48,396 nt of DNA from Anaerolinea sp. Its GTDB lineage: Bacteria; Chloroflexota; Anaerolineae; Anaerolineales; UBA4823. Location: the NCBI GenBank assembly GCA_020722415.1, contig DYKV01000006.1, positions 1 to 48,396 of the forward strand, in the 5' to 3' direction. Below, piece by piece: positions 7,923-17,434 of this stretch. A program made the translations under genes and the position numbers. The notes under the pieces were generated by a model. The model worked only from the letters and a program-made list of their open reading frames with translations, ran no database searches and had not been told where the DNA came from. Each line of letters opens with the position of its first letter. Position 1 is the stretch's first letter.

Positions 7923-8924
7923 ATTCGGTTTGATTAAATTCTCCAGACTGCGGAAAGCTAAGAAACCAATTAGAAGCTGTATCCAAAAAGTAACCCCTCG
8001 ATATGCTAACGAGAGAATGGTAGCTGTGCTTAAGGAGACATAAAAAGATGAGATGGTCAATGTCATTGCTCCTTCGACAAATCCAATGCCGGCTGGGGTG
8101 GGTGAGATGATCATAAAAAGGTATCCCATGCTCCATCCAGCAATGATCGTTCCAATCGAAAGGGGGGCTTTGAAGGCAACAAAGATTAAGAATAATATGA
8201 AAACCAACAATATTTTGTTCAATAAAGTATGCAGAAAAGGGATGAATAGGTTACGTGGGTTTTTCCTGAGAACGGACAAACCTTCTGCTACCTCGTTGGA
8301 AAAGTCGAAAGCTCTTTTTTCGGAGAGGTAAGCACGATGCAAAAATGGACGGATGATGCGGTTAATGTTTCGAGCCATCCAGGCTAGGATTTTGCCTAAT
8401 GACAATGGAGAACGCATTCCTATATAAATCATTATGGTCAGCCCAAGAGCTAAGCAAAAAAGGATCAATGAAGCGATGATTTCGGGAGCGTTCAGGTCGT
8501 TTCTCCGAAAAAGCACAAATAAGCCTAGGGTCAACACACAGAGGAAGGCTGCATAATCAAGTAGAAGGAAGAGAATCCCAGCTAGAGTAACTTTACCGCT
8601 TGGTAGATTAGTTTTGCGCGCCTCTGATATGAATACTGCCATACCACTAAACCCCCCAGAAGGCGCCACCACGTTGGTAAAATTGGCAGCTGAGGCGAGC
8701 AAGGTAAGCCGTTTTAAGCGATCATGGATACCCAATGCATGATAAATAGCCTGATAGGTGGCGCCGAGATTTATTAACCAGAGTAACTCCACTAGCCCCG
8801 CTAGAGAGATAAAGCGCCAATTGCCCTTCTTTAGTGTATCCCAAATGGATTGCATTTCGGTGAAATGACCAATTACAAACAGTATTCCGAGCAGAAGGGC
8901 GACGGCAATTAAAAATCTACGCAT
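7911..8924 (-). CDS. Polytopic membrane protein (UPF0104 / lysyl-phosphatidylglycerol-synthase TM-region-like, flippase-like)
   Basis: 337-aa ORF with about 8 hydrophobic helices. The family assignment is by general resemblance only. Confidence 0.5.
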   Translation of the reverse strand: MRRFLIAVALLLGILFVIGHFTEMQSIWDTLKKGNWRFISLAGLVELLWLINLGATYQAIYHALGIHDRLKRLTLLASAANFTNVVAPSGGFSGMAVFISEARKTNLPSGKVTLAGILFLLLDYAAFLCVLTLGLFVLFRRNDLNAPEIIASLILFCLALGLTIMIYIGMRSPLSLGKILAWMARNINRIIRPFLHRAYLSEKRAFDFSNEVAEGLSVLRKNPRNLFIPFLHTLLNKILLVFILFLIFVAFKAPLSIGTIIAGWSMGYLFMIISPTPAGIGFVEGAMTLTISSFYVSLSTATILSLAYRGVTFWIQLLIGFLAFRSLENLIKPNLTN

Positions 8925-8959
8925 GGTTCAGGCGGGAAAGCGTCTTCAACTGGGGGAGA

Positions 8960-9661
8960 TTAGCTTCTCCGTCGTCCACCCATGCTTAAGACCAATGTTG
9001 CGTAATAGAGCAGTTGTAATACTGCCGTGACTAGTGCTGCCACATAAGTCAAGGCAGCCGCGTTTAGGACCTGGTTGACGCCATGCATTTCTTCTTCACT
9101 ATAAATTAAGCCTGCCTCCCGCAAGAGTTGTTTTGCCCGAGCAGATGCGTTCAATTCTACCGGTAAGGTTGCCAAGGCAAAAATTGCGCCCCCGGAGAAT
9201 ACCAACACACCTAACCAAGCTATCTCTGGGAATCGTAATAAAAAACCAATCATCAGCAAGATCCAGCCGAGATAGGAACCGATATTCACTGCCGGGACGA
9301 GAGCTGAGCGCAAGCGTAAGGGTACATAACTTTCCTTATCTTGCATTGCATGTCCTAATTCATGGGCTGCCACAGCAACTGCTGCAACAGATGCCCCTTG
9401 ATATACATTAGGAGAGAGGTACAGTGTTTTATCTCTCGGATCATAATGATCGGTTAAGTTCCCGGGCGTGGTGGCAATATGGACGTTTTGTAAACTACCA
9501 TAGCGGATTAATTGCTCTGCAGCTTGAGCTCCACTGATTCGTAAGCGGGTTGGCACTTTGCTCCATTTTGAATATGAGGAGCTAACATACCATTGCACCA
9601 AAATCATTAAGAAAAAGGCTGGCGCCATAAAGAGTATGTATCTCGGATCTAGAAAGAACAT
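8960..9661 (-). CDS. Membrane zinc metallopeptidase (YugP-like, Zn_peptidase_2)
   Basis: Carries the HELGHAMQD zinc motif and flanking TM helices. I moved the start to the ATG at 9661, which is preceded by GGAGGTAAAT. This removes the overlap with the ctp gene that the track start (9703) implies. Confidence 0.8.
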   Translation of the reverse strand: MFFLDPRYILFMAPAFFLMILVQWYVSSSYSKWSKVPTRLRISGAQAAEQLIRYGSLQNVHIATTPGNLTDHYDPRDKTLYLSPNVYQGASVAAVAVAAHELGHAMQDKESYVPLRLRSALVPAVNIGSYLGWILLMIGFLLRFPEIAWLGVLVFSGGAIFALATLPVELNASARAKQLLREAGLIYSEEEMHGVNQVLNAAALTYVAALVTAVLQLLYYATLVLSMGGRRRS

Positions 9662-9683
9662 ATTTACCTCCAATATGATATTT

Positions 9684-10934
9684 TTACTGACTAAGCAACT
9701 CAATTGCCTTGTCTAATTGTGGGTCGCGATTAGCGGCAATGTCTGCATCGGTTAAGGTGACCACAATATCCGGGGTTAACCCAATTTTATTGATCGTTCT
9801 CCCGTTTGGGGTTAACCAACGGGCTACAGTGATGCGTACCGCACCTTGATTGTTAACCAAATCGGTCCAGATCTGAACAGAACCTTTTCCATAGGTGGTC
9901 ACTCCAACCAGTTTTCCGCGCTCCAAGTCTTGGATAGCTCCGGCTACAATTTCAGATGCAGAAGCGCTGCCCTCGTTCACCAGTACAACAAGCGGGATAT
10001 CCGTGGCAATTCCTTTGCCTGTAGCTTTATAGGTGTCCTTATGGCCATCCCCATATTGTTCGTATACAATGACGCCCTCTTTGATGAATTCCGAGGCGAT
10101 ATCGATGGCTGAATTAAGTAACCCTCCGCCATTGTTCCGTAAATCGAGGATGATACCTTTTGGTTTTTGAGCCAGTAATTTCTTGAGCATGTCATGAAAA
10201 TCTTGGGTGGTCTTTTCGTCCCCAAATGCGAGAAGTCGAATGTAAGCGACATTATTTTTCTCCATCCGACCGATGACGTTAGTGGATTTTATACTCGATC
10301 GGGTGATGGTCACATCAAAAGGTTGATCTACTCCCGGCCGTTTGATCGTTAGGCGCACCTGGGATCCGGCAGGTCCTAACACTTTTTGGCGGACAAGTTC
10401 GCCATTAATGCCGGTCATATCTTGTCCATCAATTGCTATGATTTGATCGCCGGGTTTAAGTCCGGCTTTCTCAGCCGGAGAATCCATCATTGGGGCAATG
10501 ATGGTCAAATATTCTCGAGTTGTATCCACGTAAGCGCCGATACCTTCATATTCCTCGCCGGATAATTGGGCGTTGAACTCTTTCAGTAAGTCAGGATCGA
10601 TATATGAGGAATGTTCATCGCCTAAGGCTTCGATCATCCCTTTAATTGCCCCACGCATCAAGGTTGTATCATTGACTGGTTGGTTTACATATTCCTGATG
10701 AACTAATTTCCAAGCTTGCCAAAAAGGTGTGAAAAGTTGATCAACATCTTGGGTTGATCCGTTTTGGGTTGTACTTTGCAATGGTTGGGGATTTTGGCCG
10801 GGCAATACCAAAAAAGAATTGCTCTGGTTCCCGGCCGATAAACGACCGGCAAAGAATCCTGCTGCGCAAGACCCAGTAACGAGCGTTAGGATAATCACCA
10901 AGATCAAAGCGACATTGGGTTTTTTATTTTCCAT
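9684..10934 (-). CDS. ctpA: Carboxy-terminal processing protease (S41 family, PDZ domain)
   Basis: 416-aa ORF with an N-terminal TM anchor, a PDZ region (AGLKPGDQIIAIDG) and the catalytic segment NEGSASASEI. The RBS is AGGAG, 5 nt upstream of the ATG. Confidence 0.85.
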   Translation of the reverse strand: MENKKPNVALILVIILTLVTGSCAAGFFAGRLSAGNQSNSFLVLPGQNPQPLQSTTQNGSTQDVDQLFTPFWQAWKLVHQEYVNQPVNDTTLMRGAIKGMIEALGDEHSSYIDPDLLKEFNAQLSGEEYEGIGAYVDTTREYLTIIAPMMDSPAEKAGLKPGDQIIAIDGQDMTGINGELVRQKVLGPAGSQVRLTIKRPGVDQPFDVTITRSSIKSTNVIGRMEKNNVAYIRLLAFGDEKTTQDFHDMLKKLLAQKPKGIILDLRNNGGGLLNSAIDIASEFIKEGVIVYEQYGDGHKDTYKATGKGIATDIPLVVLVNEGSASASEIVAGAIQDLERGKLVGVTTYGKGSVQIWTDLVNNQGAVRITVARWLTPNGRTINKIGLTPDIVVTLTDADIAANRDPQLDKAIELLSQ

Positions 10935-11015
10935 ATTTTCTCCTAATTAACAACTACTTGTTCTTAACATATCACATATAAATCAGAAAAAGATAAAAAT
11001 TTGATATAGAAATGA

Positions 11016-11828
11016 TTAATCTTGATTGGATGTAAGACCTAACAAATGCTGAATATAATCATTGAATGAAACCGGGTCATTCACTGAACTGGTGTATTCA
11101 AGCAAAGTTTTCCCGTCTACACCATATCTTGGATGGCAAGAACTTGGCTTTGCTCCATAAGGAGCTTCAATGACAAAATCAACGAATGGAGCCACAATAT
11201 CCGCTCGATCCAGTTCGGGGGTGATCTCTTCAGCAGTGATGACGACTAAATCAGCCGTGATAGATAGCTCTTCATCGAGAGCTTTATTTTTTCCGATAAT
11301 TGCATTGCCATCGGGATCTGCCAGCAAAGCATGGATGATGACGATGTCTGGTTTAAGCGCTGGGAATGCCATCAATAGTTCTCCGCTGTATGGATCTACG
11401 ATAGTTTTGACGTCGGGTCGCAAACTTGGTAGGTCTGTCCCAATCCATCCACGCCCGGGCATAAAGTGGATGCCTGCCATCTGGGCGCGTAATCCAAATG
11501 CGAGGCTGGCTTCGGTCTCTTCTAATATAGTCAATTCTCCTCGGTTCCCATAATAAGTAAACATAGGCGCAAACCCAAAAGTTTCCAGTCCAAAATAACA
11601 ACTTCTTACAGTTTTCACCAAACCCGAACCAATCAAGAGATCCCCTTCATAACCACCGGTTAAACTTAATAAGGTTAGATTATAAGTAAGCTGCGTTTGA
11701 AACGCGTGTTTTATTAGTTGGGTTACAAAGGTGACCGGGCGGCGGTAAAGGGTCATCCCGCCAATTGCTATCATCGAATTTGGCTGGATAAGGGGCATGA
11801 CTTCTTTGAAATGGACGAGCTTATTCAT
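11016..11828 (-). CDS. CoA-transferase family I, subunit A-like (glutaconate/3-oxoacid CoA-transferase alpha type)
   Basis: 270-aa ORF. The N-terminus (...IQPNSMIAIGGMTLYRRP...) resembles the alpha-subunit G-G-x motif region. The start overlaps the HAD gene stop (ATGAATAA). Confidence 0.6.
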   Translation of the reverse strand: MNKLVHFKEVMPLIQPNSMIAIGGMTLYRRPVTFVTQLIKHAFQTQLTYNLTLLSLTGGYEGDLLIGSGLVKTVRSCYFGLETFGFAPMFTYYGNRGELTILEETEASLAFGLRAQMAGIHFMPGRGWIGTDLPSLRPDVKTIVDPYSGELLMAFPALKPDIVIIHALLADPDGNAIIGKNKALDEELSITADLVVITAEEITPELDRADIVAPFVDFVIEAPYGAKPSSCHPRYGVDGKTLLEYTSSVNDPVSFNDYIQHLLGLTSNQD

Positions 11829-12492
11829 GTTTGGGGAATGGAGAACGATGGTTAATCCACAACTCTGGCAGTTGCTGACGTAATTCTTTTAATTTCGGGA
11901 CGATGAGCTTTGCCGCTGGATCTGGAGCATGGTCACCGATTAAGATGGTGAACATTCCCAATTGGGTAGCTGGAGCAAGATTGGATAAGGAATCATCCAG
12001 ATACACGACCCTTTGGGGATCTTCAACCCCAGCTTTTTGCAATGCGAGTTGATAGGCTTCTAATTCTGGCTTGCAGTGGAAATTTATCGCCCGAACATCA
12101 ATAATTCCGTCAAAACAACCTTCGAGATTGATAGCATGCAGCACTCGGTTAGCATGCTGATAATCTGCATTGGTGAAGATGAATCGGCGATGGGGAAGGG
12201 TTAGGATCATCTCCCGTAATTCTGGATCGGGATGGATGTATTCTTGGAGTGGAATATCGTGAACGAACCGGAGATAATCGTCAGCATCAACTTGGTAATG
12301 CAACTGCAAACCCCGCAGAGTGGTGCCATAAGTTTCAAAGTAATGGCGCCGTAACTCTGGTATTATATCCCATGAAAGACCGAGCCGTTCGTTCATGTAG
12401 AGCGACATGCGCTGTCGAATCACTTCCCAAAGACCGCTGTGATTGTCATAAAGGGTTCCATCTAAATCGAAAAAGATCGTTTCAAAATTCAT
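11821..12492 (-). CDS. HAD-superfamily hydrolase (pyrimidine 5'-nucleotidase / phosphatase-like)
   Basis: Carries the motif I sequence FFDLDGTLYD and a later VYLDDS motif. I prefer the ATG at 12492 over the track's TTG at 12498. Confidence 0.75.
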   Translation of the reverse strand: MNFETIFFDLDGTLYDNHSGLWEVIRQRMSLYMNERLGLSWDIIPELRRHYFETYGTTLRGLQLHYQVDADDYLRFVHDIPLQEYIHPDPELREMILTLPHRRFIFTNADYQHANRVLHAINLEGCFDGIIDVRAINFHCKPELEAYQLALQKAGVEDPQRVVYLDDSLSNLAPATQLGMFTILIGDHAPDPAAKLIVPKLKELRQQLPELWINHRSPFPKHE

Positions 12493-12498
12493 GTGCAA

Positions 12499-12504
12499 AG
12501 TATA
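12499..12504 (-). promoter_or_regulatory. -10 box TATACT placed 6 nt upstream of the HAD ATG (candidate leaderless promoter)
   Basis: The minus strand reads CAGTTATACTTTGCACATGAAT, i.e. TATACT-N6-ATG. There is no SD sequence. Confidence 0.35.
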
Positions 12505-12590
12505 ACTGAAAAAAAGAAGATTGGGAGAGTTTTTCTGTTGGACAGAGGGTAAATAGGTAGATGATGCTAGTATAATGTTGAAGAAACCAA

Positions 12591-14309
12591 ATGGCTATTC
12601 ATATATTACCAACGGAAATTGCTTCTCAGATTGCTGCCGGCGAAGTGGTCGAGCGACCCGCCTCGGTGGTAAAAGAATTAATTGAAAACGCATTAGACGC
12701 CCAAGCAAGCCGGGTAAGTATTGTTGTTGAGGGGGCGGGTAGGGACTTAATTGAAATCAGTGATAATGGCCAGGGGATGGATGAAAATGATATCCGCTTG
12801 GCTGTATTACGCCATGCCACCAGTAAAATTGAAACAGCCGCTGATCTCACTCATATCCGTTCACTTGGATTCCGTGGGGAAGCTTTAGCCTCAATAAGTT
12901 CCGTGTCTCGTTTTCAGATCACATCCCGCACACAGTCTATGAATCATGCTCTGCGGCTGCAAATTGAAGACGGAACACAGATTGGTTTCAGCGCGATCGG
13001 GGCTCCACAGGGCACCACAGTGCGGGTCGAGAATTTATTCTACAATGTACCTGCTCGGTTAAAATTCCTCAAGCATGATCAAACCGAACGCAATCGCATT
13101 GATCAGGTGGTCGCCCATTATGCGATTGCATTCCCATCCGTTCAATTTATCCTCAATCAAGAAGGAAAGAGCAATTTAATCACCAGCGGAAATGGCAACC
13201 GCACGGAAGTATTAGTCGAGTTGCTTGGATTAGACATAGCCAAGCAGATGATCGAAGTCGTTTTTGAGGATAGAGACATTCGGATATTTGGCTTTGTCAG
13301 CCCGCCACATGTAACCCGCTCTAACCGCAAAGAAATGCATTTTTACGTTAATCAAAGGCCGATACAAGATAGTTCGCTCGCAGCCGCGGTTATTCAAGCT
13401 TATCATACCTACTTGATGGTGGGGCGTTATCCGGTTGTTAAAATATTTATCGAGATTGATCCCGCTCTAGTAGATGTCAATGTGCATCCTGCCAAAGCAG
13501 AAGTTCGGTTTGCCAATCCTAATTGGATATTCAGCCAGATTCAACATGCAGTGCGGAGAGCTCTCATGGCTGCTTCACCAATCCCCCAAATTACTGGACT
13601 CCCTACATGGCAGCCTAGCTGGAATATGCTCGATCGAGAACGAGAAGTCGAAGGGGTAAATCTCCCGGAACCGATATTACAACAATCCAACCGTTTAGAA
13701 TCGATGAATAACGTAACTCGAGAACGCATCCCTTTGCTGCGTCTGATTGGGCAGATTGCAGCGACTTATTTGGTGGCAGAAGGACCGGATGGATTGTATC
13801 TCATTGATCAACATGCAGCGCACGAGAGAGTTTTATATGAGAAATTCCTCAAAACTCAAGATCAAAAAGCGGTATCGCAAAATTTACTTGAATCAGTCAT
13901 CGTAACATTACCTCTAGCCCAAGCCAGAATTATCGAAGCCCAATTAGAGATCCTTAATCAAATTGGTTTTGTGATCGAGGGTTTTGGGCAAGCCACTTTT
14001 AAAATCTCGGCGCTGCCGGCGATTTTAGGCGGGATGCAGCCTCAAGCTGCAATATTAGCGGTGGTAGATAACCTTGAGGAAGATGAGACTCCCTTAGAAA
14101 AAGAGAAGACCAATAGGTTGATCGCCCGAATTTGTAAACGAGCTGCGGTGAAAGCTGGTCAAACTTTATCCATAGAAGAGCAGAAGGCTTTATTAGCCGA
14201 TCTGGAAGCTTGTGAAGCACCTCGGACCTGTCCCCATGGACGCCCGACAATGATCCACTTATCTGTCGCTCTGTTGGAAAAGCAATTCGGACGGCGAGGA
14301 GCGATTTAG
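12591..14309 (+). CDS. mutL: DNA mismatch repair protein MutL (endonuclease-type)
   Basis: 572-aa ORF with the GHKL N-terminus (AAGEVVERPASVVKELIENALDA, GFRGEAL). The C-terminus has the endonuclease motif DQHAAHERVLYE and CPHGRP. A TATAAT lies at 12571-12576, 14 nt upstream of the ATG. Confidence 0.95.
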   Translation: MAIHILPTEIASQIAAGEVVERPASVVKELIENALDAQASRVSIVVEGAGRDLIEISDNGQGMDENDIRLAVLRHATSKIETAADLTHIRSLGFRGEALASISSVSRFQITSRTQSMNHALRLQIEDGTQIGFSAIGAPQGTTVRVENLFYNVPARLKFLKHDQTERNRIDQVVAHYAIAFPSVQFILNQEGKSNLITSGNGNRTEVLVELLGLDIAKQMIEVVFEDRDIRIFGFVSPPHVTRSNRKEMHFYVNQRPIQDSSLAAAVIQAYHTYLMVGRYPVVKIFIEIDPALVDVNVHPAKAEVRFANPNWIFSQIQHAVRRALMAASPIPQITGLPTWQPSWNMLDREREVEGVNLPEPILQQSNRLESMNNVTRERIPLLRLIGQIAATYLVAEGPDGLYLIDQHAAHERVLYEKFLKTQDQKAVSQNLLESVIVTLPLAQARIIEAQLEILNQIGFVIEGFGQATFKISALPAILGGMQPQAAILAVVDNLEEDETPLEKEKTNRLIARICKRAAVKAGQTLSIEEQKALLADLEACEAPRTCPHGRPTMIHLSVALLEKQFGRRGAI

Positions 14310-14405
14310 TTTACGCGGATCAGAATAAGAAAGATTCTGACATAATCAAATATCACCAATAATTTAGCAAGCAAGAATTGATTTAATCATCTTTCGGAGG
14401 AAGAA

Positions 14406-15377
14406 ATGCAAGCAATTTGGCTCGAAGACCAAAAATTATCTTACCGAAATGACATTCCTATTCCAATACCGGCTAAAAACGAGGCATTAATTAAGGTCAG
14501 CTTGGCGGGTATTTGCGCGACTGATCTGGAATTGCTGCGGGGTTATTATCCATATCGGGGAATTCCGGGACATGAGTTTGTCGGGGTTGTGGTCGATGCT
14601 GCCCAGCAGACAGATATAGTTGGTAAGCGGGTTGTTGGAGAAATCAATATTGCCTGTGGTCATTGTCGCGAGTGTCGGTCAGGGAACCCGCATCATTGTG
14701 AAAATCGTTCCGTACTGGGGATTGTTAACCATAATGGTGCATTTGCGGAATATTTAACCCTTCCGATAGAGAATTTACATCTAATCAACGATACTATCGC
14801 TGAGGAGCAAGCTGTATTTGTTGAACCTTTAGCCGCTGCGCTGGAGATTTTGGAGCAGGTCATGATCAGACCGAGCGATAAGGTTTTGTTAATTGGTTGT
14901 GGACGGCTTGGATTGCTGATTGCACAAGTGTTGAATCTTCATAGTGTTTCTTTTGTTGCGCTTGCTAAATATCCTCATCAGCAAAACCTATTGGCGAAAT
15001 GGAAAATCCCCTATCTCACTTCAGCGGATCAAATTGAAGAGAGGAGTTATGATCTCGTGATTGAGGCAACTGGCTCACCGGCTGGTTATAATTTAGCTCG
15101 AAAAGCTGTGCGTCCCAGAAAGACAATTGTCCTAAAAAGCACCTATCATGGCAATCTGGAGATTAACCTATCTGCAGTTGTGGTTGATGAGATCATGATG
15201 ATTGGATCGCGCTGCGGACCATTCCCTCCAGCAATTGAGGTATTAAGGAAAGGGAATGTGGATGTGAATTCGATGATTATGGGAAGGTATGCTTTGAGCA
15301 ATGGAATTCAGGCTTTTCAAAAAGCAGCTGAAGCCGGTGTGTTGAAAATATTAATTGACCCGGCATTGAATAGTTGA
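14406..15377 (+). CDS. Zinc-dependent alcohol/threonine dehydrogenase family oxidoreductase (MDR)
   Basis: Carries GHEFVGVV and the structural zinc cluster CGHCRECRSGNPHHC. The RBS is strong (GGAGGAAGAAATG). Confidence 0.8.
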   Translation: MQAIWLEDQKLSYRNDIPIPIPAKNEALIKVSLAGICATDLELLRGYYPYRGIPGHEFVGVVVDAAQQTDIVGKRVVGEINIACGHCRECRSGNPHHCENRSVLGIVNHNGAFAEYLTLPIENLHLINDTIAEEQAVFVEPLAAALEILEQVMIRPSDKVLLIGCGRLGLLIAQVLNLHSVSFVALAKYPHQQNLLAKWKIPYLTSADQIEERSYDLVIEATGSPAGYNLARKAVRPRKTIVLKSTYHGNLEINLSAVVVDEIMMIGSRCGPFPPAIEVLRKGNVDVNSMIMGRYALSNGIQAFQKAAEAGVLKILIDPALNS

Positions 15378-15387
15378 GTTTTGCCGA

Positions 15388-16173
15388 TTATTCTTGGCGA
15401 AGGCTGAGCAGTTCTTCAACAATGCGTGGCAGAACAGTTGCCACATCGTCCGAAAATACCACATCAGCCCGGACATCCAAATAGGTGGGGGTGCGATTGA
15501 TGATGAGCAGATGGGCTCCGTTTTCGATCGCTTGCATAGGTAAACTAGCTACTGGCAACACCTCCAAAGAGGAACCGGCGACAATCATTAAATCACAACG
15601 GCGGCTGATTTTTTGTGCTTTTAGCCAAGGTTGATAGGGCATCTGCTCCCCAAATAAAATCACATCCGGTTTAAGAATGCTCCCGCAATTCGGGCAATGG
15701 GGAATGGTTCCATCTTGAAGAAACGCAGCGATATAAGGTTGCGCAGCAACTTTGAGAAAACAAGCTGGACAGGTCATGGTTTTGAAAGTTCCATGTACTT
15801 CAAGGACATTTTTGCTGCCTGCTTTTTGATGAAGCCCATCCACGTTTTGGGTGATGATAGTTTGAATGTAGCCAAGTTTTTGCAGTGTGGTTATGGCTTG
15901 GTGAGCTGGATTTGGCTGGGCAGAGAAAATTTGGGCAGCCAATGGTTGCAACCAACGATAAAAAGTGATGGGATCGTATCGAAAGGTGAAAAAAGAAGCT
16001 ACCTCCAGCGGTTCTATTTTTTCCCACAAACCTGTTTGCGGTGAACGAAAATCTGGGATGCCAGATGAAGTCGAGATACCTGCTCCGCTCAGGACAACCC
16101 CACGCTTGGATTTGCGTATGATTTCTGCTGCGCTGTGAATAGCTTGAAAGGTCAGCGGGGGTTTGGTTGTCAT
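15388..16173 (-). CDS. cobB: NAD-dependent protein deacylase (sirtuin, CobB/Sir2 family)
   Basis: 261-aa ORF with GAGISTSSGIPDFRSP, QNVDGLH, the catalytic HG and a Zn ribbon (CPAC...CPNC). Confidence 0.85.
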   Translation of the reverse strand: MTTKPPLTFQAIHSAAEIIRKSKRGVVLSGAGISTSSGIPDFRSPQTGLWEKIEPLEVASFFTFRYDPITFYRWLQPLAAQIFSAQPNPAHQAITTLQKLGYIQTIITQNVDGLHQKAGSKNVLEVHGTFKTMTCPACFLKVAAQPYIAAFLQDGTIPHCPNCGSILKPDVILFGEQMPYQPWLKAQKISRRCDLMIVAGSSLEVLPVASLPMQAIENGAHLLIINRTPTYLDVRADVVFSDDVATVLPRIVEELLSLRQE

Positions 16174-16186
16174 TCTGTTGCTTATT

Positions 16187-17335
16187 CTACAATAAGGAGA
16201 GTATTTTTCTAGCCAGTTCGTTATATTGTTGGACGGTTATACTTTCTGATTGGTGCAAGTAGATGGGATGGTTTGAAAGAGCGGCATGATGAGCCAGTTC
16301 AGGGGCAGGAGTAAACATTTCATCGATGGGTATCTTCAACTGTTCTTGAATTTGGGATCGGGTGAACATCACATCGGCGCGCACCCGATTATACAATACC
16401 GCTTTAATACGTGACTGGGAAATCCCTTCATTAAGGAATGCCTCAATTAATCCATTTTCCATTTTAATAGCTGCCCAGGTTGGATCAAATACCAAAATAA
16501 GGAAATCACAACTCGGGTAAATTGGTTGAAAAAGGGGATTGTAGCCGGCCCCAAGGTCAATAAGGACAATTTCAGCAAATGCACGAAGTAGGTTACTTAT
16601 TATCTGAAAGTGTTCTCTACTGGTGGGGATTTTTGCTTCGCTAATATCGGAGGAAGATAAAAGAAGATGAACACCTGGCGAATATTTGACTAAGCATTTG
16701 TCGATCTCGGCGGAATTGATTTCAAAGTCTTTTTTTTGGAGGAGGGTTTGGAGCCCCTCGAATTTCGCATAGCCAAGCTCAACGCCAATCGTACCCATGC
16801 CTGGCCGAAAATCGGATACAATGACACTTTTTCCTCCTATTTTTTGCAAAGCGATGCCTAGATTTAGGGTTAAAGTAGATGCACCAACCCCGCCTTTGGC
16901 GCCGATAACACCGATTTGGATACCTTTAGGAGTTTCTTTGCTCTTTTCTGCAACGCGAGATTTTTGCACTCGGGCTAGCACTGCGCGGATATGGGCAAAT
17001 AATTCCCGCGGTTGGGTTGGTTTGGTAAGGTAATCGTCTGCACCAGCTTCAAAGCCTATCAATTTATCCTCCACTTGATTTTTAGCGGAGAACATAATGA
17101 TTGGAATTTGGCTTGTGCTAGGGTTATTTCGTAACCGTTTGGCAACTTCATAACCATCCATCTCTGGCATCATAATATCCAACAGTATGATATCTGGTTG
17201 TTCTTTTTCTGCGCTGGATAATGCCTGAAGACCATTATTTGCCGCTACTATCTGATACCCCTGACGCTGAAGCATTAACCCCACTAAACGTAAAGTATCT
17301 AAATCGTCATCAACGAGTAATACTTTTTCGGGCAT
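16187..17335 (-). CDS. Response-regulator receiver fused to a CpaE/TadZ-like MinD/ParA-family ATPase
   Basis: The REC domain has DD, the phosphoacceptor context ILLDIMMPEMDG, MFSA and YLTKP. The ATPase domain has an atypical Walker A, GAKGGVGASTLT, with no second Lys, as in CpaE/TadZ. Confidence 0.75.
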   Translation of the reverse strand: MPEKVLLVDDDLDTLRLVGLMLQRQGYQIVAANNGLQALSSAEKEQPDIILLDIMMPEMDGYEVAKRLRNNPSTSQIPIIMFSAKNQVEDKLIGFEAGADDYLTKPTQPRELFAHIRAVLARVQKSRVAEKSKETPKGIQIGVIGAKGGVGASTLTLNLGIALQKIGGKSVIVSDFRPGMGTIGVELGYAKFEGLQTLLQKKDFEINSAEIDKCLVKYSPGVHLLLSSSDISEAKIPTSREHFQIISNLLRAFAEIVLIDLGAGYNPLFQPIYPSCDFLILVFDPTWAAIKMENGLIEAFLNEGISQSRIKAVLYNRVRADVMFTRSQIQEQLKIPIDEMFTPAPELAHHAALSNHPIYLHQSESITVQQYNELARKILSLL

Positions 17336-17434
17336 TCTAAGTCCTTTTGTTATGGAAATATATACTGCGCAGGCTAAGAGGATATTTTCTTATTGGCGAG
17401 TATCTCTAGTTTTTCCATTATAATCTTTTTTAGA

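Noticed and set aside
15388-16173. The Sir2-domain gene as a possible anti-phage effector (Thoeris ThsA, DSR or SIR2-HerA type).
   Set aside because: It is a short (261 aa) canonical CobB-type sirtuin with all deacylase motifs and a Zn ribbon. It has no fused SLOG/TIR/helicase domains and no partner defence genes. It is better explained as a housekeeping deacylase.
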